A stretch of DNA of 64,000 nucleotides from Thermoanaerobaculia bacterium (GTDB taxonomy: Bacteria > Acidobacteriota > Thermoanaerobaculia > UBA5066): positions 1 to 64,000 of the forward strand of contig JBBRRY010000015.1 of assembly GCA_038245905.1 (NCBI GenBank), written 5' to 3'. The position numbers and the translations under genes are program-made. The notes beneath the pieces were generated by a model. The model did not search any database, was not told the origin of the DNA, and saw only the letters and a program-made list of their open reading frames with translations. The number at the start of each line of letters is the position of its first letter. Positions within the stretch are counted from its first letter, which is position 1. Shown here one piece after another: positions 47,220-57,597 of the stretch.

Positions 47220-48073
47220 GGGAGGTTTCGCTCCGGAGGCGAGGTCAATGCGGCGGCCACGTTTGAAGATTGCTTAGAAAGGTAATCGTCCGCGGCCTCG
47301 CACGAAAGTCCCCATTTCGCCGAGACGAGCGCGGTGGGCAGCCGCCACCCACACCTTCTAAGAAAATCTTCCGCGTTCTCTTCGGACGTGCCCGCAATGT
47401 CCCGGACGATCCTCACGGCGCGCGTCTTCAGTTTCTCGTTCGTCGGCTGCATCGCGACCATCTCGTCCCGGTAGACGAGGCCGCGCCTCGCCATGACGGC
47501 GGTCGAAAGCATGTTGAGGGTGATCTTCTGCGCGGTTCCGGCCTTCAGGCGGCTGGACCCCTCGAGGACTTCCTTTCCCGTGTCGAGAAGGATGGCGATG
47601 TCGGCCAGCTTCTCGATCGGCCCGCCCGGGCGGCACACGACGGCGATCGTGAGGGCGCCCGCGCTCTTCGCGTGCTCCAGCGCGCCGATCACATAAAGTG
47701 TCACCCCGCTCGCGGCGATGCCGACGACGGCGTCCTTCCCCGTGAGGCCGGCGATGGAGAGGTCTTTCCCGCCGGCATCGGCGTCGTCCTCCGCGCCCTC
47801 CACGGCCTCGAACATCGCCGCCCGCCCGCCCGCGAGGAGCGCGACGACGAGCGAAGGATCCGTCCCGAAGGTGGGCGGAAGCTCCGCGGCGTCCAACGCG
47901 CCGAGGCGGCCGCTCGTCCCCGCTCCGGTATAGAACCACCGGCCGCCCGTCTCGAGCCGCTCGGCGATCGCGTCGGCCGCGCGCGCGATCGCGGGAAGGG
48001 CGGCCGTGAGCGCGACCTCGACCGCCCGATCGGCTTCGTGGAGACGCGTGACGAGATCGAGCGAATCGCTCAT
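47216..48073 (-). CDS. murQ: N-acetylmuramic acid 6-phosphate etherase
   Basis: GAGTSGRLGALDAAELPPTFG, EGAED, GSSRLKAGTAQK, NEKL. Confidence 0.95.
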   Translation of the reverse strand: MSDSLDLVTRLHEADRAVEVALTAALPAIARAADAIAERLETGGRWFYTGAGTSGRLGALDAAELPPTFGTDPSLVVALLAGGRAAMFEAVEGAEDDADAGGKDLSIAGLTGKDAVVGIAASGVTLYVIGALEHAKSAGALTIAVVCRPGGPIEKLADIAILLDTGKEVLEGSSRLKAGTAQKITLNMLSTAVMARRGLVYRDEMVAMQPTNEKLKTRAVRIVRDIAGTSEENAEDFLRRCGWRLPTALVSAKWGLSCEAADDYLSKQSSNVAAALTSPPERNLP

Positions 48074-49011
48074 GAAGGACTCGTTTCGGTCGTGAGGGCG
48101 AGGCGGATCGCGCCCATTTCCGGGGAATGGGCGGCGGGACCGACGCGCGCGAGCGGGGCCACGCGCCGGATCGCTTCGGCGAGAGGGTCCGTGACGAACG
48201 CGCCGGCCGCGAAGACGCCGCCGATGGTCGCGACGGGAAACGAGGCGCTCTCGAGGCCCAGCTTTTTCACGACCGTCACGACGTCGAGCGCGAGATCGTG
48301 TCCGGCCTCCGCGAGGATGCGCCGCGCCTCGCCATCGCCCGCGCGGGCCGCCGCGAGAACGACCGGAAAATACGCCGCGATGTCGGCGGCGCCGTCCTCG
48401 GAGCGGTAGATTCTCTCGAGCAGCTCGGTCAAAGACGAGACACCGCCCGTGGAGAAGAGAAGCTCCTTGATCGCCGTCGGGGGACCGCGGCCGTCGAGCT
48501 CGCGAACGACGGCGACGAGGCCCTGCCGGGCGATGGCATAACCGCCCCCTTCGTCGCTCAGGAGGGGTCCGAATCCGCCGGCGCGCGCCGTGGCGCCGCC
48601 TTCTCCCTGCCCGAAGGCGATGGCTCCCGTGCCTGCGATGACCACGACCGCAGGCGCGTCGACGCGATCGGGAGCCGCGCCCGAGAGAGCGATCCGCGCG
48701 TCGCTCGTGAGGAGGACGCGGCTCTTCACGAAGACCGACTCGAGTGCCTTGAGGAGGGGCTGCCGGTCCCGGATCGAGTCGACGCCGGCAAGGCCCACGA
48801 CGACGGCTTCGGGGGGCACATCCCCGAGATCCGCCGCGAGAAGAGCGTCCGATGCAGCTTCCTGGACGGATTCCACGACCCGGGGGAGGGGGCGGGTGGC
48901 CACGTTCCCGGGGCCGGACGCGCCCCGGCCCAGCGGCGCGAGGTCCTTTCGAGCGACGACGGCGCGCGTACGGGTCCCCCCGCCGTCAATTCCGATGAAG
49001 AACGGCCCCAC
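48070..49011 (-). CDS. BadF/BadG-type amino-sugar (GlcNAc/MurNAc) kinase
   Basis: GIDGGGT, SDARIAL, IAGTG, GGFGPLLSDEGGG; cotranscribed with murQ and nagA. Confidence 0.88.
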   Translation of the reverse strand: MGPFFIGIDGGGTRTRAVVARKDLAPLGRGASGPGNVATRPLPRVVESVQEAASDALLAADLGDVPPEAVVVGLAGVDSIRDRQPLLKALESVFVKSRVLLTSDARIALSGAAPDRVDAPAVVVIAGTGAIAFGQGEGGATARAGGFGPLLSDEGGGYAIARQGLVAVVRELDGRGPPTAIKELLFSTGGVSSLTELLERIYRSEDGAADIAAYFPVVLAAARAGDGEARRILAEAGHDLALDVVTVVKKLGLESASFPVATIGGVFAAGAFVTDPLAEAIRRVAPLARVGPAAHSPEMGAIRLALTTETSPS

Positions 49012-49086
49012 GGAGCCAGCTTAGCAAGGGCGGCCAGATTCACCCGCATCAGTTCCGGCGATCCGCGGGCGCGTTAGATTCACCCC

Positions 49087-50403
49087 ATGACGTTCGACAC
49101 CGACTGGAAGACCCGCTACTCCCGAAAGGTCGCGACGGCCGAAGACGCCGTACGTGCCATCCTCCCGGGCCGCCGCATCCTGATCGGCTCCGGCGCCGGC
49201 GAACCGGGGCGCCTCGTCGAGGCCCTCGTGTCGCACGCCACGCAGCTCCGCGGAAACGAAATCGTCCACCTCATGACGCTCGGGGCCGCCCCTTACGTCG
49301 CCCCGGGACTCGAGGACCGCTTCCGCCACATGGCGTTCTTCATCGGGTCGAACGTGCGGGGCGCCGTCCAGGAAGGACGCGCCGACTTCCTGCCCGTCTT
49401 CCTGTCCGAGATCCCGCAGCTCATCACGAGCGGGCGTCTCGGAGTGCATGCGGCGCTCGTACAGGTGAGTCCGCCCGACCACCACGGATTCGTAAGCCTC
49501 GGGGTTTCCGTCGACATCGTGCGGGGTGCCGTGGACACGGCCGACATCGTCCTCGCCGAGGTCAATCCGAACATGCCGCGGACGCTCGGCGACTCTTTCC
49601 TCCACGTGGACCGCATCGCGCACCTCGTGCCCGTGGACGACCCGCTGCACGAGCTCAAACCCGAGCCGCTCGACGAAGTCTGCCGGCAGATCGGGCATCA
49701 CGCCGCGCAGCTGATCCAGGACGGGTCGACTCTGCAGATGGGAATCGGGCGCATCCCGGATGCGGTCATGAGCGGCCTCCGGGAGCGAAGCGACCTCGGG
49801 ATCCACACGGAGATGCTGTCCGACGGCGTCATGGCGCTCGCGAAGGCCGGCGTGATCACGGGCCGGAAGAAGACGCTCCTCCCGGGCAAGATCGTCACGT
49901 CCTTCATCATGGGCACGCGCGCTCTCTACGACTGGGTGGACGACAACCCCGTCGTCGAAATGCGCCCTTCGAGCTTCACGAACGACTCGTTCCAGATCGC
50001 GCGAAACGACAAGATGGTCGCGCTGAACTCGGCCCTTGCCGTTGACCTCACCGGCCAGGTCGCGGCCGACTCGATTGGCGGGCGCTTCTTCTCGGGCATC
50101 GGGGGCCAGGTGGACTTCATCCGGGGCGCCGCGCGCAGCAAAGGCGGCAAGCCCATCATCGCCCTGCCGTCGACCGCCAAGAACGGCGCGATCAGCCGCA
50201 TCGTCCCGGTGCTCGAGGAAGGGGCCGGTGTCGTGACGAGCCGCGGAGACATTCACTACGTCGTCACGGAGTACGGGGCCGCGGATCTGTGGGGCAAGAA
50301 CATCCGCCAGAGAACGGAAGCGCTCATCGGCATCGCGCACCCGGATTTCCGCGCCGACCTCCTGGCGAGCGCGAAGGCCCGGAAATACGTATTCGCCGGC
50401 TGA
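49087..50403 (+). CDS. Acetyl-CoA hydrolase/transferase family (4-hydroxybutyrate CoA-transferase-like)
   Basis: NPNMPRT, LQMGIG, GIHTEM, VDLTGQV, SGIGGQVDFIRGA, VVTEYG. Confidence 0.93.
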   Translation: MTFDTDWKTRYSRKVATAEDAVRAILPGRRILIGSGAGEPGRLVEALVSHATQLRGNEIVHLMTLGAAPYVAPGLEDRFRHMAFFIGSNVRGAVQEGRADFLPVFLSEIPQLITSGRLGVHAALVQVSPPDHHGFVSLGVSVDIVRGAVDTADIVLAEVNPNMPRTLGDSFLHVDRIAHLVPVDDPLHELKPEPLDEVCRQIGHHAAQLIQDGSTLQMGIGRIPDAVMSGLRERSDLGIHTEMLSDGVMALAKAGVITGRKKTLLPGKIVTSFIMGTRALYDWVDDNPVVEMRPSSFTNDSFQIARNDKMVALNSALAVDLTGQVAADSIGGRFFSGIGGQVDFIRGAARSKGGKPIIALPSTAKNGAISRIVPVLEEGAGVVTSRGDIHYVVTEYGAADLWGKNIRQRTEALIGIAHPDFRADLLASAKARKYVFAG

Positions 50404-50422
50404 CCCGCGCTAACCTCGCGGC

Positions 50423-52345
50423 GTGCGCCGCCGGCTCCCGACGTTTCTCGCGCCTCTCCTGCTCCTTCTCGCCGCCTTCGCCCTGAAGACGGCGCTGCTC
50501 GAGCATTTCGACACGCATCCGCTCCTCCAGCCCGCGGGAGACATGGACAGCGGCGTTTATGCGCGGCTCGCGGCCGACGTCGCACGCGGCGACTTGCTCC
50601 TCCGCGGGCCGGGTCCCGTCCCGTATTTCGTCTCGCCGCTCTACATCTATTTCCTCGCAGCGGTTCACGCGCTCTCGGCGGGCTCGCTGTTCGCGGCGAA
50701 AGTCGTCCAGATCGTCCTTGGGACGGCCGTCGTTGGGCTCGTCTGGGCGATGACGCGCCGGCTCTTCGACGACCGCGCCGCGCTCGTCGCGGGAATCCTC
50801 TACGCGCTCACCGGCATCGTGTCGTTCCACGAGATTCTGATCTTGCAGGCCGCGCTGGATCCCTTCCTGACCGCGCTCTTTCTTTTCCTGCTGGCGGTTG
50901 CACTCAGTCCAGACCAGCCGAAGACTTCTTTGAAGGTGAATGAGGAGAAGGCAGCAGCATGGGCGGCGGCCGGGGCCGCGCTGGGCCTTTTCGCGTTGAA
51001 TCGCCCCAACGTTCTCCCATTCGCGGCGGTCGTCGCAGTCGGACTCGTCGTGCGGGGCATCGGCGCACGCGGCGAGCGTCCTCTCTCTCCTCCTTTCAAA
51101 GAGAATCCTCTTCGAACGCTGGGATTTGCCGGGGCCTTCCTCGCAGGCACCGCCGCGATCGTGGCGCTGCCCCTCGCGCGCAATCTCATCGTCTCCGGCG
51201 AGCCCGTCCTGATCTCCTCGCACGGCGGCCTGAACCTCCTCGTCGGTAACGGGCCCGGCGCGAACGGGGTATACCGATGGCTGGACGGCATCACGCCGTC
51301 TGTCTCCGGCCAGGCCGCGGACGCGAAAAAGCTCGCGGAACGTGAGACGGGACGGCCGCTCACGACGCGCGAGGTGTCGTCGTTCTTCGCGCGGCGCGCA
51401 TTTTCCTGGATGGCCGAACAGCCCCAGGCGGCGGTACGCCTCTTCGCCCGGAAAATCTGGTACGTCTTCTCGAACGACGAGCTGTCGCTCAATTTCAGCG
51501 CGACGTGGTACCGCCGCGAGAGCGTCCTCCTCCGGCTTCTCGCCGTGGGGCCGTGGCTGCTGGTGCCGCTCGGGATGGCGGGCCTCGTTCTCGCCGTCCT
51601 CGGCGCAGGGAGATTCCCGGGGCGTGTCGCGGGGATCTGGGCTTCCTTCGTGCCGGTCTACGCGCTCCTCGTCGCCGCGTTCTTCGTGGCGACGCGCTAT
51701 CGGCTGCCCCTCGCAGTCCCACTCGCGGCCGGAGCGGGCGGGGCGGTGTCGATCGTGTGGACGTCGCTCCTGAAGCGAGACGGGAAGCGCGACCGGAAGC
51801 CAGTTCTCGTAGCCGCATGCGTCGCCCTGCCGTGCCTGCTCCTCGCGCTCTGGCCGACCGGCGTCGACGACGGCTCGTCGGAAGAAGAAATGCAGTGGGT
51901 GCTCGCCCTGATCGAGACGGGCGATGTCTCCGAGAGCACGACGCGCCTCCACACGCTCGCGAAAACGTATCCGATGCCGGGCGTCCTGTGGTTCCGGGCG
52001 GGCCAGGCCTGGGCCGCTGCCGGCCGCCTCGACGACGCGATCTCCGCTCTCGAGCGGGCGCGCGCGATCGACCTCGAGCAGAAGGAGACGAGAGGCGTGC
52101 TCGCGGCCGCACGCGAGAGGCGGGGAATGGAGCGCGCGACGGCGGGAAAGATGTCGGACGCGGCGGCGGACATGGAGGAGGCCGCGCGCCTCGACCCGGG
52201 CAATCCGGCCATCCGGGTGAACCTCGCCGCGATTCTGGCGGAGCAGGGAGATAGTGCGCGGGCACGCTCTCTCGCGTCGGAGGCGCTCGCGCTTCGGCCC
52301 GGCTACGACAAGGCCGAGGCGCTCCTCCGGGCCCTTCCCAAATGA
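50423..52345 (+). CDS. GT-C (PMT/ArnT-like) membrane glycosyltransferase with C-terminal TPRs
   Basis: DSGVY, PLYIYFLA, RPN, RN...GGLNLLVGN, RYRLP; TPR helices at the C-terminus. Confidence 0.82.
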   Translation: MRRRLPTFLAPLLLLLAAFALKTALLEHFDTHPLLQPAGDMDSGVYARLAADVARGDLLLRGPGPVPYFVSPLYIYFLAAVHALSAGSLFAAKVVQIVLGTAVVGLVWAMTRRLFDDRAALVAGILYALTGIVSFHEILILQAALDPFLTALFLFLLAVALSPDQPKTSLKVNEEKAAAWAAAGAALGLFALNRPNVLPFAAVVAVGLVVRGIGARGERPLSPPFKENPLRTLGFAGAFLAGTAAIVALPLARNLIVSGEPVLISSHGGLNLLVGNGPGANGVYRWLDGITPSVSGQAADAKKLAERETGRPLTTREVSSFFARRAFSWMAEQPQAAVRLFARKIWYVFSNDELSLNFSATWYRRESVLLRLLAVGPWLLVPLGMAGLVLAVLGAGRFPGRVAGIWASFVPVYALLVAAFFVATRYRLPLAVPLAAGAGGAVSIVWTSLLKRDGKRDRKPVLVAACVALPCLLLALWPTGVDDGSSEEEMQWVLALIETGDVSESTTRLHTLAKTYPMPGVLWFRAGQAWAAAGRLDDAISALERARAIDLEQKETRGVLAAARERRGMERATAGKMSDAAADMEEAARLDPGNPAIRVNLAAILAEQGDSARARSLASEALALRPGYDKAEALLRALPK

Positions 52346-52347
52346 AA

Positions 52348-52371
52348 CGGCCCGGCGTTTCCGCCGGGCCG
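52348..52371 (-). terminator. Rho-independent terminator downstream of the TonB receptor gene
   Basis: Perfect 10-bp stem CGGCCCGGCG/CGCCGGGCCG, GAAA loop on the minus strand, followed by TTTCATTT. Confidence 0.75.
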
Positions 52372-52393
52372 GGAGGAATCGGGAGGGGCGCTT

Positions 52394-55156
52394 CTAGAAG
52401 TTGAAGAGCGCCGTCAGGAGGAAGCGGCGAGCCGCCGTGTATGCCGTCGGGGCCCCGAAGTTCGCGTTCGGCTTCGTCGTCCCCTGCGGACCGAGGTTCC
52501 GCGCCGGCGTCCCGTCGACGTAGTCGTCGAAGTACTGGGTGCGGTCCACGGCGGAGATGATCTGCGTGTTGAAAACGTTCTGGACGCGGCCTTCGAGGCG
52601 GAGGCCCATGTCGCCGCCGAGCTTGAACGTGTAGCCGAGGAGAAGGTCGAGGTTCGACCACGTCGGCAGGCGGCGCGATCCGGCCGGCTCGAGGTAGCGC
52701 AGGAAGCTGCCGTTCGCGTCCATACCCGTCGCCTGCCAGGCCGCGCCGCTCTGGAGGCGGTAGAAGCCGCCCAGCGAGAATCCGTAGGGCAGGTCATAGC
52801 TCGCGAAGATCTTGAGGATGTGAGGGCGGTCCTGCCCGAGCGTGCCGTTGCGGTTCGGCTCGGCGCTGTTGATGCCCGGGTTGTCCTCGAGGAGCGAGGA
52901 CGTATTGAAGAGTCCGAGGCCGTATTCCTCGTCGAAGTTCCCGCGGAGCTCGCTGTAGGTGTAGTTCACGTTCGCGTACCAGCCGTGGGAATACCGCTTC
53001 GTGAGGTCGAGGGTGACGCCTCGGTAGTTGCGCGTCGCGCCCGCGATGTTCGCGGCCTTGAAGGAGCCGAAGTAGTTGTCCGGGTCGATCGGCGCGTCCT
53101 CGAAGGCGTCCTTGAGGGCCCGCTGCTGGTAGTAGACCTCGAAGGAGAAGTCGCTCCCCAACGGGGCGGCGTAGCCGAGGATGAATTCCTGATAGGAGGG
53201 CGGCTTGAGGTCGGCGGGAATGACCTTGCCGCCGGAAGAGCCGCGGATCTGCTGGCCGAGGTACACGCCGGTCACCTTGTCGAACCACGCCTGGTCCTGA
53301 CGGATCCGGAAGGGCGCGAACGAGCGGGCGGTCGACTTCTGGTCGAGGCTCAGGTAGCGCCCGAAGCTGCCGTAGAACTTGTCACCGGCGAGGAGCTCGG
53401 CGTTGTACGCGAGGCCGATGCGCGGCTGTATCTCGTCCTTCCAGTCGAAGGACATGAAGTTGTAGCGCGTCTCCTCGGTCACGAGACTGGTGCCGCAGAC
53501 GACGCCCGGCATGCACACCTGCGCGAAGTCGTCCTTATTCACGAGGACGCCGACGGTGGCCGTCAGGCGCTTCCACGTGAGCTGGTCCTGAAGAAATACG
53601 GAGTAGGTGCGCGCTTTGCTGTTCTGCTCGGGCTGCAGCGTGTAGTAGCGGGCGCGGATCTGGCCGGACCGCGATGTCCCACAGACGGAGGCAGGGCATG
53701 TCGAGCTTGCGATGAAGGCTCCCCACCCGTTCGTCTGCCGCACGAGGTCGTAGGTGTCGTTCTCGTAGCCGCCGCCGGCCTTGAGCTGATTCTGCGTCTC
53801 GCCGAGGTCGAAGAACGTGCTCGCCGTGAGCTTGATCTCGTCACGCTTGTACGAGTCGCCGACGTTCGCGAACTCGTAAAAGCCTGTGTTGCCACCCGAG
53901 CGGTTCACGTTGTCGTAGAACGCGCCGTAATTCCCGAGGTTTGCCGGGTCAACCGTGCGCGGCTGGCCCGAGAGTGTGTTCTGGGCCTGTTGCGTGTCGT
54001 TCTCCGTAAGGTGGACGTATTTCGCCTCGACGTAGCTGTCCTTGTTGACGAACCAGTTCGCGACGACGCTGGTTACGTAATTCGTCGTATCGGCGTCCCA
54101 CCCTGCCTTCGGCGTGTCGAACAGCGAGTCGAAGCCGTTCGAGACCTTGTTCGGAAGCGCCCGGAACCCGGCGTTCAGGAGGAAGGAGGAGCCGAGGTAG
54201 CCGGTCAGCTTTCCGAAGTAGTCCTGGTTGTGGGTCGTTGTGTCCGGGAGGGAGCCGTACTGGCTGCCCTGACCGGTGGACTTCGCGGAGAAGTAGCGGC
54301 CGGACGCATAGCCGAAGAGCATGTCCTTGACGATCGGGAACCCGATGTTCGCGGCGCCCGTATACCGGTCGGTCGTCTGGGTGGACGCGCCCGTGACCGG
54401 TGCGGCGATGAACCCGTCGGGTTGCGCCTCGACGCGGAGGCCACCGTGGATGTCGTTCGTGCCCGACTTCGTGACCGCGTTGACGATGGCGCCCGACGTG
54501 CGTCCGAACTCGGCGGAAATTCCGCCCTTCTTGATGTTGACGTCCGCGATGTCGAGCTCGTTCGTGTCGACCTGCAGGTAGCCATAGCCGGGGTTCGTGA
54601 TGTTGACCCCGTCGACCATGTACTTGTTGTCCTGCCGCGTCCCGCCCGCGACGGAGACGTACCCGTTGCCCGCGGTGGCGGCGGCGCCCGGGATCAGGTT
54701 CAGGATGCCCTCGTACGTGCGCGCGAGCGGGAGCGACTTGATCTCGGTGTCGGTGAAGTTCGCGTTGACCTCGGCGCTCTTCTTGTCCACTTCGGCGGCG
54801 GTGGCGGTGACCGTCACCTCGGCCCTGGCGGACTGAACCAGCTTGAGATGGACCTGCGCGTCGACGTCGACCTGAACCTGTACCGTGCTCGCGGCCTTGC
54901 CGAGTCCCTGAAGACTCGCCTCGACCGTGTATTTGCCGGGAATCAGGACGGGGAAGTTGTAGGCGCCCCTGGCGGACGTGACGGCGGACCGGCCCGCGGG
55001 GAGCTGCGGACCGGAAACCTTCACCGTCGCGCCCGGGACTCCGACGCCGCTCGAATCCGTGATGGCGCCGGAAATCGATCCAGTCTCCGCCGCCCACGTG
55101 GCGGTGGCCGTCACGAGGAGCACGAGTGAGAGCAGTGCACGCGAGATAAACCTCAT
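52394..55156 (-). CDS. Oar-like TonB-dependent outer-membrane receptor with carboxypeptidase-regulatory-like domain
   Basis: Signal peptide, GVPGATV, LPLARTY, GGISAEFGRTSGAIVNAVTKSGTN, C-terminal FNF; AGGAGG RBS before ATG 55156. Confidence 0.93.
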   Translation of the reverse strand: MRFISRALLSLVLLVTATATWAAETGSISGAITDSSGVGVPGATVKVSGPQLPAGRSAVTSARGAYNFPVLIPGKYTVEASLQGLGKAASTVQVQVDVDAQVHLKLVQSARAEVTVTATAAEVDKKSAEVNANFTDTEIKSLPLARTYEGILNLIPGAAATAGNGYVSVAGGTRQDNKYMVDGVNITNPGYGYLQVDTNELDIADVNIKKGGISAEFGRTSGAIVNAVTKSGTNDIHGGLRVEAQPDGFIAAPVTGASTQTTDRYTGAANIGFPIVKDMLFGYASGRYFSAKSTGQGSQYGSLPDTTTHNQDYFGKLTGYLGSSFLLNAGFRALPNKVSNGFDSLFDTPKAGWDADTTNYVTSVVANWFVNKDSYVEAKYVHLTENDTQQAQNTLSGQPRTVDPANLGNYGAFYDNVNRSGGNTGFYEFANVGDSYKRDEIKLTASTFFDLGETQNQLKAGGGYENDTYDLVRQTNGWGAFIASSTCPASVCGTSRSGQIRARYYTLQPEQNSKARTYSVFLQDQLTWKRLTATVGVLVNKDDFAQVCMPGVVCGTSLVTEETRYNFMSFDWKDEIQPRIGLAYNAELLAGDKFYGSFGRYLSLDQKSTARSFAPFRIRQDQAWFDKVTGVYLGQQIRGSSGGKVIPADLKPPSYQEFILGYAAPLGSDFSFEVYYQQRALKDAFEDAPIDPDNYFGSFKAANIAGATRNYRGVTLDLTKRYSHGWYANVNYTYSELRGNFDEEYGLGLFNTSSLLEDNPGINSAEPNRNGTLGQDRPHILKIFASYDLPYGFSLGGFYRLQSGAAWQATGMDANGSFLRYLEPAGSRRLPTWSNLDLLLGYTFKLGGDMGLRLEGRVQNVFNTQIISAVDRTQYFDDYVDGTPARNLGPQGTTKPNANFGAPTAYTAARRFLLTALFNF

Positions 55157-55313
55157 TCCAGATCTCCTCCTTAAATAGATAATCAATAATTTAACGTGAA
55201 CCACGGGGGTTTTTACCACGAAAGGGCAATCGTGATCGAGTGTCCAATGGCCGTCCAATTCATTGGAGCCACGGCTTCGCCGCTCCTTCGCGGATAATCG
55301 GGCGGAACCTCAC

Positions 55314-56747
55314 TTGAGCGACTCGACCAGAATCCTTAACGGCACGTACGAACTTCTGGGAAAAGTGCGCGCGGGCGGCATGGGGGCGGTCTGGAAGGCG
55401 CGTCACGTGAAGCTCGGGACGACCTGCGTCGTGAAGCTGCTGCACGAGTCGCTCATCGACGATCCCTCGGCGCAGGAGCGCTTCAAGCGCGAGGCTCAGA
55501 CCGCCCTGAAAGTGAACCACCCGAACGTCGTGCGTTTCTTCGACTACGCGATGGAGCCGGACGGAACGGCCGTTCTCGTCATGGAGTACATCCCGGGAGT
55601 CGATGTCTCCGAGCTCATGAAGTCCACGGGGCGGCCCCCGCTCCCCGTGGCGCTCGAGATCGCGCGTCAGACGCTTGCCGCGCTCGGAGCGCTCCACGCA
55701 ATGGGAATCGTCCATCGCGACGTCTCGCCGGACAACCTCATGCTCACGGTCGACAAGGACGGCACGCTCCTTGTGAAGCTCGTCGACCTCGGCCTCGCGA
55801 AGGAGATGGACCAGAAGAGCCTGACCGAGACTGGCATGTTCATGGGCAAGCTCAAGTACGGCTCGCCCGAGCAGCTCGGTCCCGCCCGGAAGGCGGGGAT
55901 AGACCTCAGGAGCGACCTCTACGGCTTCTCGGTCGTGCTCTATCAGATCCTGACGGGGACGCCGCCCTTCGAGGCGGACACGCCTGGAGGCTGGGTCTAC
56001 GCGCACCTGTCCGAGGCACCGCGGCCGTTCGCCGAGACCGATCCTCAAGGACGCATCCCCGGGGACGTCTGCATCGCCGTGATGCGCGGCCTGGAAAAAG
56101 ACCGCGCCCAGCGGTTTCAGTCGGCTGCGGATTACGCGAAGGCGCTCGAGCCCGTGCGGAGGCGACTCGGAGACGCCGGTCTCGCCGAGACGCTCGGCAC
56201 GATCCGCACGCTGGCCGAGGCACGGAAGGCGCGCTCCGTCGAGGCGGTCCGCTTCGGCTCGAAGGTCGCGCGCGATCCCTCTTCAGGCGCGGGGTACGGG
56301 CCGTCCTGGTCCGCAGGGCGCCTGAGGTGGGGTGTTGCCGCCGGCGTTGCGGCGGTTGGACTCGCCTTGTTGCTCTTCTGGATGCGGCGCGGCAATCCAC
56401 AGGAGCCAAGGCTCGCGCCGTCTGCCTCGCCCGGCACGCCACGCGTGTCGCCCGCCGCGCGTGCGGTGCGGACCGTCCTGGCGAAGGGCGGGATCTCGTT
56501 CGTCGCTCTCCCGAATGCCGACATCCGCGTCTTTGCCGCGGCGACATCGGAGGAAGTCCCCCTCCCCGGACACACCACGCCGCTGTATGTCTCGCTCTCG
56601 CCGGGTATCTATCGCGTCGAGCTGACGTTCCCGGGCGCGCGGCCGGCAACCCGGCTCGTGACCGTGGAGCCGGGGCGCGCGATCGCGGTGCGCGTCGAAG
56701 ACCCGAAGTTCGACGTCGAGAAGCTCGTGGCCGCCTATGTACCTTAG
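55314..56747 (+). CDS. Hanks-type Ser/Thr protein kinase with TM helix and PEGA-like extracellular domain
   Basis: GGMGAVWKA, VVK, RFKREA, HRDVSPDN, DLGLAK, YGSPEQ, SDLYG. Start TTG 55314 (ORF open from 55263). Confidence 0.92.
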   Translation: MSDSTRILNGTYELLGKVRAGGMGAVWKARHVKLGTTCVVKLLHESLIDDPSAQERFKREAQTALKVNHPNVVRFFDYAMEPDGTAVLVMEYIPGVDVSELMKSTGRPPLPVALEIARQTLAALGALHAMGIVHRDVSPDNLMLTVDKDGTLLVKLVDLGLAKEMDQKSLTETGMFMGKLKYGSPEQLGPARKAGIDLRSDLYGFSVVLYQILTGTPPFEADTPGGWVYAHLSEAPRPFAETDPQGRIPGDVCIAVMRGLEKDRAQRFQSAADYAKALEPVRRRLGDAGLAETLGTIRTLAEARKARSVEAVRFGSKVARDPSSGAGYGPSWSAGRLRWGVAAGVAAVGLALLLFWMRRGNPQEPRLAPSASPGTPRVSPAARAVRTVLAKGGISFVALPNADIRVFAAATSEEVPLPGHTTPLYVSLSPGIYRVELTFPGARPATRLVTVEPGRAIAVRVEDPKFDVEKLVAAYVP

Positions 56748-57597
56748 GCCAGCGCTTCTCCTCGCCCTCTGCCTCCTGGCTGGGCGACTCTTCGCGCAGG
56801 ACGCGGCGGATTCCTATCAAGCGGGGCTCGACGCGTTTGCAAGGAGGGACTTCGGCGCGGCGGCGAATGCGTTTCGGCAGGCGATCCGGCGGGAGCCCGG
56901 CGAGCAGCGGCGGCTTCACATCAGCGGCACGTTCTTTCACGAGAACTACGTTCCGCACTTCTTTCTCGGGCTTTCGCTGAAAGAGCTGGGAGACGCTCCG
57001 GGGGCGCGCGCGGAGCTCGTGCTTTCCAGGAGCCAGGGCCTCGTCCCCCAGCACCCGGCCTACGGCCCGCGTCTTGCCGCCGCGCTCCTCGAGCTGGAGG
57101 CGAAGAGGTCCTCGTCGGCTCCTTTGCCCGCGAAGCCCGTCGCGATTCCGGCGACGGTGGTGACGACGACCGCGGCGACGCCGCGCCCGGGCCTCTCCGC
57201 CCCGCTCGGACCCGCCGCCGGCGTTCCGCCTCTTCCCGCCGCGTCGGGGGCTGAGACCGCGTTCCAACCCGAAGCGGCTCCCGTGTCGGAGACGCGGATC
57301 GTGCTTCGGAACGGCATCCGTTCCTTTTTCCGCGGCGACTACGATGGCTCGATCAAGACGCTCTCGGGTCTTTCCGACGCCGGCAACGAAACGGCGCGTC
57401 TCTTCACCGCGTACGCGATGGCGGGGTCCGTGCTCGCGGGCGGCCGGGAGGCGGGTCCGGAGCTGCCGCGCGCCCGCGCCCTGTTCGAAGGCTTGCCCGG
57501 CCGCACGCGGCCGAGGAAGCCGCCCGGCGTATCCGCGCGGATTCTGGAGGCGCTTGCCGCCCCGGCCGGCGGCCGCTCGGCCGATCGCTCCCCATGA
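56737..57597 (+). CDS. Secreted TPR-like protein with Pro/Ala-rich linker
   Basis: Signal peptide; two helical TPR-like units (YQAGLDAF...YVPHFFLG; GIRSFFRGDY); overlaps both neighbours. Confidence 0.72.
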   Translation: MYLRPALLLALCLLAGRLFAQDAADSYQAGLDAFARRDFGAAANAFRQAIRREPGEQRRLHISGTFFHENYVPHFFLGLSLKELGDAPGARAELVLSRSQGLVPQHPAYGPRLAAALLELEAKRSSSAPLPAKPVAIPATVVTTTAATPRPGLSAPLGPAAGVPPLPAASGAETAFQPEAAPVSETRIVLRNGIRSFFRGDYDGSIKTLSGLSDAGNETARLFTAYAMAGSVLAGGREAGPELPRARALFEGLPGRTRPRKPPGVSARILEALAAPAGGRSADRSP

